Of a stretch of DNA of 64,000 nucleotides, positions 46,944 through 55,742 are shown piece after piece; position 1 is the stretch's first letter, and every line of letters starts with the position of its first letter. A program made the position numbers and the translations under genes. Source of the DNA: Nitrososphaeria archaeon (GTDB taxonomy: Archaea; Thermoproteota; Nitrososphaeria; Nitrososphaerales; JAAOZN01); the NCBI GenBank assembly GCA_029775855.1, contig JARVJZ010000002.1:192001-256000 (forward strand), given 5' to 3'. The notes under the pieces are model-generated. The model had not been told where the DNA came from. It saw nothing but the letters and a program-made list of their open reading frames with translations, and made no database searches.

Positions 46944-47936
46944 ATGCAACACAATCATCTACTTGAGATAGTAGATCTAAAGACATATTTCTTCACTAAA
47001 CGTGGTGCAGTAAAAGCAGTAGATGGTATCTCATTCACCATAGATGCAGGAGACGTATTTGGGTTAGTAGGGGAGTCTGGATGTGGAAAATCTGTTACCG
47101 CTCTTTCTATATTAAGACTTGTCCCAGACCCTCCGGGTAAAATCGTTAGTGGGCAAGTAATCTTCGAAGGAGAAGATCTGTTACAGAAGAGCGAGGAGGA
47201 AATGAGAAGCATAAGAGGCGCTAAGATCTCTATGATCTTTCAAGACCCGCTTACTTCACTAGATCCTATAGTCAGAGTCGGAGAGCAAATAGTCGAAGCA
47301 ATTAGGACGCATACCAACATGAACCCACAAAAAGCTTGGGAGAAGGCTGTTAAGATCCTTACTGAAGTTGGAATACCTGATGCTGAGATTAGGGCAAAGC
47401 AGTATCCATTTCAGCTCAGCGGCGGAATGAGGCAGAGGGTTATGATAGCAATAGCCTTAGTAACAGAACCACGTCTGCTTATAGCAGATGAGCCTACTAC
47501 TAATCTTGATGTGACTATACAAGCTCAGATTCTAACATTATTAAAGGAGATTAAAGCTAAGACTCAAACATCAATATTATTCATAACGCATAACTTAGGT
47601 ATCGTTGCTTGGCTATGCAACAAATTAGCTGTCATGTACGCTGGCAAAATTGTGGAGTATGGCGCTACTAAAAGCGTATTCAGCAACCCTTTGCACCCAT
47701 ATACGACACTTCTATTGAAGGCTGTGCCAAGGCTTGATATTAAAAAAGAGATGCTTGAGTCAATAGAAGGTGATGTTCCAGATCTTGTAAATCCACCTTC
47801 AGGCTGCAGATTCCACCCAAGATGCCCATACGCTAAGAAGATATGCAGTATTATACAGCCTCCTATGATTGAAGTAGAAGAGGGGCATTATGCTTCTTGC
47901 CTAATTTATGATAAGGAGAAGTGGAGAAGCGTTTGA
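46944..47936 (+). CDS. dppD: Peptide ABC ATPase DppD
   Basis: GESGCGKS, LSGGMRQR, ADEPT, HPYT, PPSGCRFHPRC; ATG at 46944 is the likely start. Confidence 0.93.
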   Translation: MQHNHLLEIVDLKTYFFTKRGAVKAVDGISFTIDAGDVFGLVGESGCGKSVTALSILRLVPDPPGKIVSGQVIFEGEDLLQKSEEEMRSIRGAKISMIFQDPLTSLDPIVRVGEQIVEAIRTHTNMNPQKAWEKAVKILTEVGIPDAEIRAKQYPFQLSGGMRQRVMIAIALVTEPRLLIADEPTTNLDVTIQAQILTLLKEIKAKTQTSILFITHNLGIVAWLCNKLAVMYAGKIVEYGATKSVFSNPLHPYTTLLLKAVPRLDIKKEMLESIEGDVPDLVNPPSGCRFHPRCPYAKKICSIIQPPMIEVEEGHYASCLIYDKEKWRSV

Positions 47937-48822
47937 GCATTATTCTGCAGATAAAAGACCTTAAAAAATACTTTCCTATTACAAAAGGTGTGATCTTAAA
48001 GAAGACTTTAGGTTATGTTAAGGCTGTCGATGGTGTCAGCTTCTCTATCGAGCGAGGGGAAACATTTGGTTTAGTAGGAGAAAGCGGTTCAGGAAAAAGC
48101 ACGATTGGTAGACTAATAGTCGGATTATTGCAGCCAACATCAGGAAGCATATTCTTTGACAAAGTAGACTTGACCAAGATAAATAAAAAAGAGTTTCAAA
48201 ATATCAGAAGAAGGATGAGTATGATCTTTCAAGATCCCTTTACATCTCTAGATCCACGCAAAAATGTTATGCAGATTATAGCTGAACCTTTAATCATACA
48301 TACTGATATGGAAAGGAAAAAAAGGGAGGAGATTGTTTATCAACTTTTAGAGCGAGTGGGGCTACGCCAAGAAGACGCATTCAAGTACCCTCATCAATTT
48401 AGCGGAGGGCAGAGGCAAAGAATAGCAATCGCAAGAGCTTTAACCCTATCACCAGATTTAATTATAGCAGATGAGGCTGTCTCAGCGCTTGACGTTTCTG
48501 TTCAAGCCAAGATCATTAACATTCTTATGAGTCTGCAAAAAGATCTAAACCTAACCTACTTATTCATAGCACACGATCTAAGCGTTGTATGTCATATCTC
48601 ACATAAAGTAGGTGTAATGTATCTAGGTAAACTTGTCGAAGTAGGCAGCAAATCAGCCATCTTCCAAGACCCGTTACACCCATATACACAAGCTCTACTT
48701 GAAGCAGTTCCAGTGCCAGACCCAAACATCATGGTGGCAAAGGGCTTGATGGTGTTGAAAGGGGAAATCCCCTCGCCTATAAATCCACCTTCAGGCTGCA
48801 GATTCCACCCAAGATGCCCATA
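47788..48822 (+). repeat. 43-bp perfect direct repeat shared by dppD (47788-47830) and dppF (48780-48822)
   Basis: TAAATCCACCTTCAGGCTGCAGATTCCACCCAAGATGCCCATA occurs twice. Confidence 0.9.
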
Positions 48823-48958
48823 TGCAACAAAGAGATGCACCGAAGAGGAGCCAACCTTAATTGATAACGGTGAAAATCATTTAGCGGCTTGCCATTATAC
48901 AGACGAAATTAAATCAAAGCGAAAGATCATAAAGCAACCTCTAAAAGATTCAGCTTAG
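47933..48958 (+). CDS. dppF: Peptide ABC ATPase DppF
   Basis: GESGSGKST, FSGGQRQR, ALDVSVQA, HDL, PPSGCRFHPRC. Confidence 0.93.
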   Translation: MSIILQIKDLKKYFPITKGVILKKTLGYVKAVDGVSFSIERGETFGLVGESGSGKSTIGRLIVGLLQPTSGSIFFDKVDLTKINKKEFQNIRRRMSMIFQDPFTSLDPRKNVMQIIAEPLIIHTDMERKKREEIVYQLLERVGLRQEDAFKYPHQFSGGQRQRIAIARALTLSPDLIIADEAVSALDVSVQAKIINILMSLQKDLNLTYLFIAHDLSVVCHISHKVGVMYLGKLVEVGSKSAIFQDPLHPYTQALLEAVPVPDPNIMVAKGLMVLKGEIPSPINPPSGCRFHPRCPYATKRCTEEEPTLIDNGENHLAACHYTDEIKSKRKIIKQPLKDSA

Positions 48959-49520
48959 AGTCATTTAAGAGGAACTCGAGTGTACTTCTCTCTTTACAAC
49001 TTAAACCAGAACCCTTATCATCTAAAATTACTTTACCCTTGTAGGCTGTAGCTATAAACGTGCTAACCCTAAGGATTAGCTGAGTAATTAGACCTATCTT
49101 GCCAGCTTGCAGGTAGATTGTGAGATCATCGACAAAGAGAATTTCAGGCGATAAGGAAAAAAGGTTTACAAGATAAGGTTCTATAATTGAAGCGTTACGA
49201 GAAGCAAGGTCTAAGACTTCTTGCTTACTTTTACCTTGGAGCCTAGGTGCAAAGATAGGATGCGGCTTAAGATACTTTACTTTAGAAAGACTCTTAGAAT
49301 AAGCTCTAATAGAAACACCTACGATATTAGAGCCGATACGAAACTCTGGCGCAAGATCTAAAACGACGATATTCAAATTAGGCTCTAAAGCAGCCTCATC
49401 AAGAAGACTAGCTAATAGCTTGGTTTTGCCAGCACCAACTTCACCAGTTATAATAGCTTTCTTACCAAAGAGATCTTTAAAATGTAAGCTTTGCAAGCAA
49501 GCCTCGCTTCTCCAGAGCAA
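48927..49520 (-). CDS. Small P-loop NTPase-like hypothetical protein
   Basis: Walker A GEVGAGKT and Walker B-like ILFVDD; start uncertain. Confidence 0.65.
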   Translation of the reverse strand: MLWRSEACLQSLHFKDLFGKKAIITGEVGAGKTKLLASLLDEAALEPNLNIVVLDLAPEFRIGSNIVGVSIRAYSKSLSKVKYLKPHPIFAPRLQGKSKQEVLDLASRNASIIEPYLVNLFSLSPEILFVDDLTIYLQAGKIGLITQLILRVSTFIATAYKGKVILDDKGSGLSCKERSTLEFLLNDSKLNLLEVAL

Positions 49521-50055
49521 GAACTACAATAAACCCTAAAATTGCTCCAGGCACACTACTAGCCCAAAAAGCAGCCAAAAATAGCTGCCACTGAGCGGTC
49601 AAACCCAACCAAGCCCAAGCAGCTGCTGGAATAGGCGGCGCGTGAATGATAGGTGCAACAATAAATGCGCTGACCAAAGCGCCAATACCAGTACCTAAGG
49701 GTTCAGTTAGGGGTACCCATCTACTTTTAGACATATATCTGTATAATATTCCTACTACAATTGCGCCTGGTATGCCGCCTGGAAGCGCAAAGATCGTCCC
49801 TGTGCCTATTGATATTCTGAGGACACCTATTACTAGAGCCGCAACTGCAGCATACCAAGGCCCTAAGATTACACCTAATATGCCGTTTATCATGTGTTGG
49901 AATGGGAAGACTTTGGTTGGGCCTACTGGTATGCTTCCTGGGTAGATTGAGAGTGCTACACCTAAGGCTATAAAGACTGCGAGTAAGGCTACCTTCTTTG
50001 CTCTTACTGCTTTTTTAACGTTTTGCTGGGAAGAGGCTGCAACTTTATTCTGCAT
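49477..50055 (-). CDS. thiW: ECF transporter S component ThiW
   Basis: P.QH.IN...GV.LGPWY, R...GTGT..A.PG...GA, EP.GTG, SS..GA. Confidence 0.88.
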   Translation of the reverse strand: MQNKVAASSQQNVKKAVRAKKVALLAVFIALGVALSIYPGSIPVGPTKVFPFQHMINGILGVILGPWYAAVAALVIGVLRISIGTGTIFALPGGIPGAIVVGILYRYMSKSRWVPLTEPLGTGIGALVSAFIVAPIIHAPPIPAAAWAWLGLTAQWQLFLAAFWASSVPGAILGFIVVLALEKRGLLAKLTF

Positions 50056-50104
50056 TACGATATATTTTACCTGATTTTATTTTATAAGCTTATATATAAG
50101 TCGC

Positions 50105-50770
50105 TTATAGTGAAGGGGTGCCGCCGCAGAACCTTATAACATAATTTACAGCAGTCTCAGCGGCTTGAAGAAGCCTATCCCTGCTTATGTTTGGAGCGCC
50201 GCAGGCTACTAGAGCAACGTTTTTCGTTGACTCTGTAACCTTAGATCTTTCAGCGTCTCGGTATGGGTAGATGGCTATTAGGTTATTGGCATCATCTAAC
50301 ACGACTTCACCGCCCTCTAATTTTATGGGCTCTTTCATACCTATTCCGTGGAAAGTTTCGCCTTTCTTAGCTAGCCGCATAACAATTTCTTTGCTCTGCA
50401 GTTTATCGGTGTCGAAGGCTGCTAAAGCTACCTCACTAACTACTGAGGCTAGGTTATAGGCGTCAACTAAGGTGTTAATCGTTGGAAGACCTTTGCCGGC
50501 CAGAATTCTCCGTATAAGCGCTTCCGAGGCTGGCCTATTCTTGGTTGGGTCTATGTTTAGACGCCAAAAGAAGTCTCTATATGCTCTAAAGATAGCTACA
50601 TTCTTAACGCTTTCAAGCGTGTATTTGCCCCTAACTTCAGAACATACTTCACTTTTAAATTTCTCGAGCTCTTCATCAAGAGGCTTAACAACAACACCCC
50701 TAACACACCTAACCAACACATCCAACTCAGGAAACTTATCAGAAACTTCCCTATCGATAACTATCTTCAA
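50105..50770 (-). CDS. B3/B4 domain protein (PheRS-beta editing-like)
   Basis: AYRDF.W...IDPTK.RP.SEAL.RR, P.IN.LVD.YN..S, YPYRDA..SK.T. Confidence 0.88.
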   Translation of the reverse strand: MKIVIDREVSDKFPELDVLVRCVRGVVVKPLDEELEKFKSEVCSEVRGKYTLESVKNVAIFRAYRDFFWRLNIDPTKNRPASEALIRRILAGKGLPTINTLVDAYNLASVVSEVALAAFDTDKLQSKEIVMRLAKKGETFHGIGMKEPIKLEGGEVVLDDANNLIAIYPYRDAERSKVTESTKNVALVACGAPNISRDRLLQAAETAVNYVIRFCGGTPSL

Positions 50771-50838
50771 ACCGCATTTATCCAGAAAAGACAGACATAT
50801 AATCCTTAAAACCTTAACCTACAGAACCCAATACCAGC

Positions 50839-50913
50839 GCCCCAGTAGCTCAGCCTGGTTAGAGCGTCGCTCTGGTAAGGCGGAGGTCCCGGGTTCAAAG
50901 CCCGGCTGGGGCT
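50839..50913 (+). tRNA. tRNA-Thr(GGT)
   Basis: Acceptor GCCCCAG/CTGGGGC-T, D arm GCTC..GAGC, anticodon loop CTGGTAA, T arm CCGGG-TTCAAAG-CCCGG; no intron and no encoded CCA. Confidence 0.95.
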
Positions 50914-51102
50914 CATTCGTTTGCTTAGATAATTGGTGTGCCTGGTTATTACCTTCAATACAAAGGATGATGCTTGCATACCGATGTCGAAAAAGGTGTA
51001 TGTTCTTTCGAAGGTTTTACCACGTTGAGTTGCTAGAGGCATCTTTCACAACATTGGAGAAGAGGGGCAGATAATAAATTTGTTATTGTGCTGGTTTTGA
51101 CA

Positions 51103-51124
51103 TGTTATTTTAGCGTAAATAACA
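51103..51124. promoter_or_regulatory. Inverted repeat upstream of the glutamate synthase operon
   Basis: TGTTATTT-TAGCGT-AAATAACA, with an extra half-site TGTTATT at 51081; TATA-like TTTATAT near 51162. Confidence 0.5.
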
Positions 51125-51230
51125 ATTAATGCCAAAACTATCAAATTTTTTGTACACCATTTTTATATCCTCGAATAAAGGAGGAGTTCTGCTATGCACG
51201 GCAAACATCTGAGACACAGAAGGTGATTTA

Positions 51231-53516
51231 TTGTTCCAGGCAGCTCAGCAAAGTTTAATCGATCACTACATTAACCTTCCGAAGCAGACATTAAGAGAGT
51301 TTTGGACTACAGCTAAGATTAGGCATATTAGAAGACTTGCAGAAAGCGGTAGGGCTAATAGAGTCTGGACTCCAGAGGATGAACTCTCTAAAAGACCGCT
51401 TGACAGGCTGAGATTTAAGCCCATCAATGAGTCTAACATTAGGTTAGAAGTTGATACCACAACAGATATTGGTGGAGGTATAACTCTTTCAACACCTCTA
51501 TACCTAGGTGACATGTCTTTTGGAAGCTTATCAGGTACAGCCAACATCGCCATAGCTATGGCTGCAGAGTTAACCGAAACTTTGGCTGGTACAGGAGAAG
51601 GAGGGTTACATCCTGAGGTTGCTAAGGTGAGGAGAATAGCGGTTCAATGGGCTTCAGCCAGATTTGGTGTAGATGCTAAGGTGCTTAATAGAGGATTAGC
51701 TGTAGTTATCAAGATAGGTCAAGGCGCTAAGCCTGGCATAGGGGGGCATCTGCCAGCTGCCAAAGTGACTGAACCTATATCTATGACTAGAAGGATTCCA
51801 CTCTATAAAGATGCTATTTCACCAGCACCACACCACGACATATATTCAATAGAAGATTTGGGTCAAAGGATTGAGGCCATAAAAGAGTTAACAGGTAAGC
51901 CAGTCTTCGTCAAAGTAGGTGCAACGAATTATGTACAGTATATAGCTACGGGCATCGCTAGAATGGGTGGAGACGGTATAATCTTAGATGGGGCTGGTGC
52001 TGGAACAGGAGCCGCACCTACTGTAGTACGTGACAACATAGGTATACCAATAGAGATTGCTGTTGCCTCTGTTGATAGAATACTACGCAGAGAAGGGCTT
52101 AGAGAAAACTTTACAGTCATTGCGGGCGGACGCGTAAGTAACCCTGAAGACGCAGCCAAGCTGATGGCGCTTGGAGCTGATTGTGTGAGCGTAGGTACAG
52201 CGGCTCTTATAGCTTTAGGATGCGTTATGTGTCATAAATGCCATTTAGGATACTGCCCAGCTCTTCTCACAAATAAAGCTTTACCAAACCCACCTAGAAT
52301 GTTATCGCTTGATTGGGCTGTACAGAGACTTGTTAACTTTGTAAAGGGGTGGAATGAAGAACTTAAACTTATAGTTGGGACGCTTGGCTTAAGAAGAGTT
52401 AGAGAACTTGTTGGTAGAAGAGATCTCTTAGAAGCTTACAGTATGTGGGAAGAGACAGCTTCCATTCTAGGAGTCAATCTTGTAAGCGGCTGTTCAACAC
52501 CACTTGTTGCTGGAGAAGGAGGCTACTGGTCTGAAAGAAGGAGAACACATCTTACGGCTTTGGCTGAAAATGGTGTACCTGAAATAGGTAGCATGGGTTC
52601 TTGTGGTCCACCTTTTGTTGAGCCTCCAAAGGCTGTATGTGACTACCTTGTTTCGGATGGCGCGCAGGTAACTAGACCAAGCATAGATCCTTACAGAGAG
52701 GAAATAGAGATAGCATCATATCTTAGTGGCATCAGACTCTCTGCGCCTATATTCTTTTCTCATTTTAAGAGCTTACCTAAAGGGCTTGTAGAGCTTTTCG
52801 CAAAAGTAGCTAAGGCGCATGGTTTAATGATGTATACTACGCTTGACGAGTATGATGATCACTTAGCAAAATATGCCGGAAATCTTATGCTTGCTGTAGA
52901 CGATCCTATGAGCATACCAGAAAATGTTGGAGTAGTTGTGATAGATGCATGGCGTGAAAGTAAACCGTTTAGAGAGAATGTTCCAGATAAGCCATTATAT
53001 GTTAGGATTCATTCGTCTGAGCAGAGCCTAACCTCTATACAAGAGCTGGCACGAAGAGGGTTCGATGGGATAATAATTGACACAGATCTAACCTATTCAC
53101 CAGCAACGCTTGATGTAGCTGTTATGACTGCTGAAGCGGATTGGAGTCTTAGGGAAGTATTTTATGGCGGAAGTCCTGTTAGGAACCAACTTAACTTGTT
53201 ATGTGGCGGTAGCGCTATAAGAGGGGCTGATGACATATTCAAGCTACTATGCCTTGGTGCTGATGCGGTTGGATTAAACAGAGCTGCGCTAGTTGCTATT
53301 GGATACGAAGAAGGTAAAGATATGAATTTACATGAAGCGCGTGTAAAGCTCGAAAACTTCATACTTGGACTTAAAGGGGAGATAAGACTTCTGGCTGGAG
53401 CGGCGGGTGTTAGCAGCATATACACTTCGCTTGTAGGGAACCGTGAACTGTTAAGAAGTGTGGATCTAGACCCAGCGATAAGGAGCAGACTTAAGGTGAA
53501 GGCTGCTGGCACTTAA
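51231..53516 (+). CDS. Glutamate synthase FMN-binding subunit (archaeal split type) with a second degenerate barrel
   Basis: DMSFGSLS, GTGEGG, IKIGQGAKPG.GGHLP..KV, ISPAPHHDIYSIEDL, C..C.KC....CP; second half repeats QVTRP.IDP.RE, IRG..D..K...LGAD.V. Confidence 0.88.
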   Translation: MFQAAQQSLIDHYINLPKQTLREFWTTAKIRHIRRLAESGRANRVWTPEDELSKRPLDRLRFKPINESNIRLEVDTTTDIGGGITLSTPLYLGDMSFGSLSGTANIAIAMAAELTETLAGTGEGGLHPEVAKVRRIAVQWASARFGVDAKVLNRGLAVVIKIGQGAKPGIGGHLPAAKVTEPISMTRRIPLYKDAISPAPHHDIYSIEDLGQRIEAIKELTGKPVFVKVGATNYVQYIATGIARMGGDGIILDGAGAGTGAAPTVVRDNIGIPIEIAVASVDRILRREGLRENFTVIAGGRVSNPEDAAKLMALGADCVSVGTAALIALGCVMCHKCHLGYCPALLTNKALPNPPRMLSLDWAVQRLVNFVKGWNEELKLIVGTLGLRRVRELVGRRDLLEAYSMWEETASILGVNLVSGCSTPLVAGEGGYWSERRRTHLTALAENGVPEIGSMGSCGPPFVEPPKAVCDYLVSDGAQVTRPSIDPYREEIEIASYLSGIRLSAPIFFSHFKSLPKGLVELFAKVAKAHGLMMYTTLDEYDDHLAKYAGNLMLAVDDPMSIPENVGVVVIDAWRESKPFRENVPDKPLYVRIHSSEQSLTSIQELARRGFDGIIIDTDLTYSPATLDVAVMTAEADWSLREVFYGGSPVRNQLNLLCGGSAIRGADDIFKLLCLGADAVGLNRAALVAIGYEEGKDMNLHEARVKLENFILGLKGEIRLLAGAAGVSSIYTSLVGNRELLRSVDLDPAIRSRLKVKAAGT

Positions 53517-53532
53517 TTGCTATACACCGATA

Positions 53533-54612
53533 GTGAAGGATGGATGCGGCGTTTTCGGCATATTGAGGAAGAAGTCTGCTACTAAGATCAGCAACCTTGC
53601 TCCACTTAAGGCTATTGACTGTGTGAAGTTTAGGGGGAGCAAACTTGGCGCAGGCTTTGCTTCCTTTGATATACCAGGAGGTGGAAGACCGCCTATAAGA
53701 GTTAAGATATTTGTTGATAATGCTGAGACACTATCGTTTGTAAGGCGCATATTTGCTGGACATGTTAAAAGTCTTAGGTTAAATATGTTAGGTGAGAAGG
53801 TACCTGAATTTGATGGTGAGGGATTTAAAGTTTATGAGGTGTTTATTGAAGCATCTCCTTCTACACTACAATCCATAGTAGACCAACTCAATGTAAGGTT
53901 GATGGATGAAAACGGTATAAAAGGAAGATGTTATTCTTATGGTAGATATGTAAATGTTTTCAAAGATGTGGGTTATCCTTTAGATGTAGCAGCAAAATAC
54001 GGCTTAGATTGCGATATGATGAGAAGTGATGCTTGGCTTGCGCATACAAGGCAGCCTACAAACTCGCCTGGCACAACTCCAGTTTGGTCACATCCCTTCT
54101 CAGCGCATGAGGTAGCGGTTGTGCATAACGGGGACATAAGCTCTTATGGTTCTAATCAACAGATGCTCAGATTAGCTGGTTATAGGAGCTTTGTGGGCAC
54201 AGATAGCGAGGTTATAGCGTTTATGCTAGACTATCTAGTTAGAGTAAGGGGTTATACGCTAGAACAGGCTTTGATAATACTGCAGAATCCGTATGAGCGT
54301 GTGTTAAATGCTTCACCGTTAAGAAGTGAAGTCATGAGGTTGATGGCTGAGGCGAGAGGATGTCAGCTTGATGGCCCATTTACTGTGATAGCAGGTTATT
54401 GTGATGGAGAAGACATTTACCTTATGGCGCTTGTTGACAGATCTAAATTTAGACCTATTGTATTTGGCGAAGATCAGAATGCTATATATGTTGCAAGTGA
54501 GGAGTGCCAGATTAGGTGCCTCTCACCCTCGGCAGAGGTTTGGACTCCTGAGCCTGGAGAGATCTTCCTAGCATCGCTTAGCAAAGGTGTGATTTATCGT
54601 GGTAGACCCTAA
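53533..54612 (+). CDS. Glutamate synthase glutamine amidotransferase (Ntn) subunit
   Basis: CGVFG near the N-terminus, AHTRQPTN, HPF, VHNGD, TDSE, LDGPF, DR...RP, ASEE. Confidence 0.88.
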   Translation: MKDGCGVFGILRKKSATKISNLAPLKAIDCVKFRGSKLGAGFASFDIPGGGRPPIRVKIFVDNAETLSFVRRIFAGHVKSLRLNMLGEKVPEFDGEGFKVYEVFIEASPSTLQSIVDQLNVRLMDENGIKGRCYSYGRYVNVFKDVGYPLDVAAKYGLDCDMMRSDAWLAHTRQPTNSPGTTPVWSHPFSAHEVAVVHNGDISSYGSNQQMLRLAGYRSFVGTDSEVIAFMLDYLVRVRGYTLEQALIILQNPYERVLNASPLRSEVMRLMAEARGCQLDGPFTVIAGYCDGEDIYLMALVDRSKFRPIVFGEDQNAIYVASEECQIRCLSPSAEVWTPEPGEIFLASLSKGVIYRGRP

Positions 54613-55561
54613 CATCATTCATAAAATTCAAGTAAGCTCATCTGATTCAACATCTGATGCACATATTGTAGATGCATCAAACCTTTCAACTCAAGAGTTA
54701 AATCAAACTATTTTCGAAATGGTTAAGAATGGTATTAAAAGATTGAAAGTTTTAAATGTGAATGGTCAGCGTTATATAGGGTCAAACCTTGCTTGTTTAG
54801 AGTGCAAAGATGTGGAGGTAACTCTTGTAGGGTATGTTGGTAACTGTCTTGCTAATCTTAACAGTGGTGTAAGTTTTATAATTTATGGGAATTGCGGTGA
54901 TGATTTAGCCGATACTATGCAGTCTGGTAAGGTTGTAGTCCATGGTGAGGCAAGAGATGTGGTAGCTCAAGCATTACAAGGTGGGGTGGTGTATGTGAAG
55001 GGTAATGTTGGTAATAGAGCTGGGATACAGATGAGAGAATATCTGCAGAAGAGACCTTACTTGGTGATAGGCGGTTCTGCGGACGACTATTTAGGTGAAT
55101 ATATGGCTGGCGGTGTCATCATTGTACTTGGCTTGGGAAAAGTAGGCAGAGGTAAAGTCGTTGGGAATTATGTTGGCAGCGGCATGGTCGGAGGAAGAAT
55201 TTACATAAGAGGGTTTATAGAAGCATCTAAGATAGGTGTCCAGCCACCTAAAACCGACATAGAAACATACTTAGCATCACTAGTAGAGGAAGGATTGTTA
55301 GATGATGCATTGTATGTCAGCATGAAAGATTTATCATATTATACGCTTAAAGCAAAATTGCCTGATGAGATATTTGAACGTATTAGAAGGTACTATCTTT
55401 CAACACACGTAGAACCGCCTGTCTGTGAATATAGAGAGCTAAACACTTACGAAGCAAAAGAAATTGAACCTGTCCTAGGAGACTATATATTATCCCTTAA
55501 TTTACCTCAAAAACTAGTGCAAGAGGTTCTTAGCTCAAAATTTACGATACTTTCGCATTAA
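54599..55561 (+). CDS. Glutamate synthase GXGXG (beta-helix) subunit
   Basis: GQRYIG, repeated G..GN/D..G turns, GEYMAGG, G.GM.GG.IY.RG. Confidence 0.88.
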   Translation: MVDPNIIHKIQVSSSDSTSDAHIVDASNLSTQELNQTIFEMVKNGIKRLKVLNVNGQRYIGSNLACLECKDVEVTLVGYVGNCLANLNSGVSFIIYGNCGDDLADTMQSGKVVVHGEARDVVAQALQGGVVYVKGNVGNRAGIQMREYLQKRPYLVIGGSADDYLGEYMAGGVIIVLGLGKVGRGKVVGNYVGSGMVGGRIYIRGFIEASKIGVQPPKTDIETYLASLVEEGLLDDALYVSMKDLSYYTLKAKLPDEIFERIRRYYLSTHVEPPVCEYRELNTYEAKEIEPVLGDYILSLNLPQKLVQEVLSSKFTILSH

Positions 55562-55742
55562 TGAATGACTTTAGAGAACATCATTCTTTGAAGAAGCTAT
55601 AGTAGCTCGATCCAAAGAAATTTAAGAGAAATTGAGACTATCCTTATTGTTAACTAACAAGCTTATTCTTCACCTAAGGGGAGCACTTTTGGTTATGATA
55701 AAGGTTATGTATGACTTTTAAGTAGAATTTGGGTTGTGATAG

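Noticed and set aside
50056-50104. TPP riboswitch upstream of thiW
   Set aside because: Only ~50 AT-rich nt are available and there is no CTGAGA core.
50472-51074. 200-aa and 78-aa ORFs spanning tRNA-Thr
   Set aside because: They are shadow frames over the B3/B4 gene and the tRNA.
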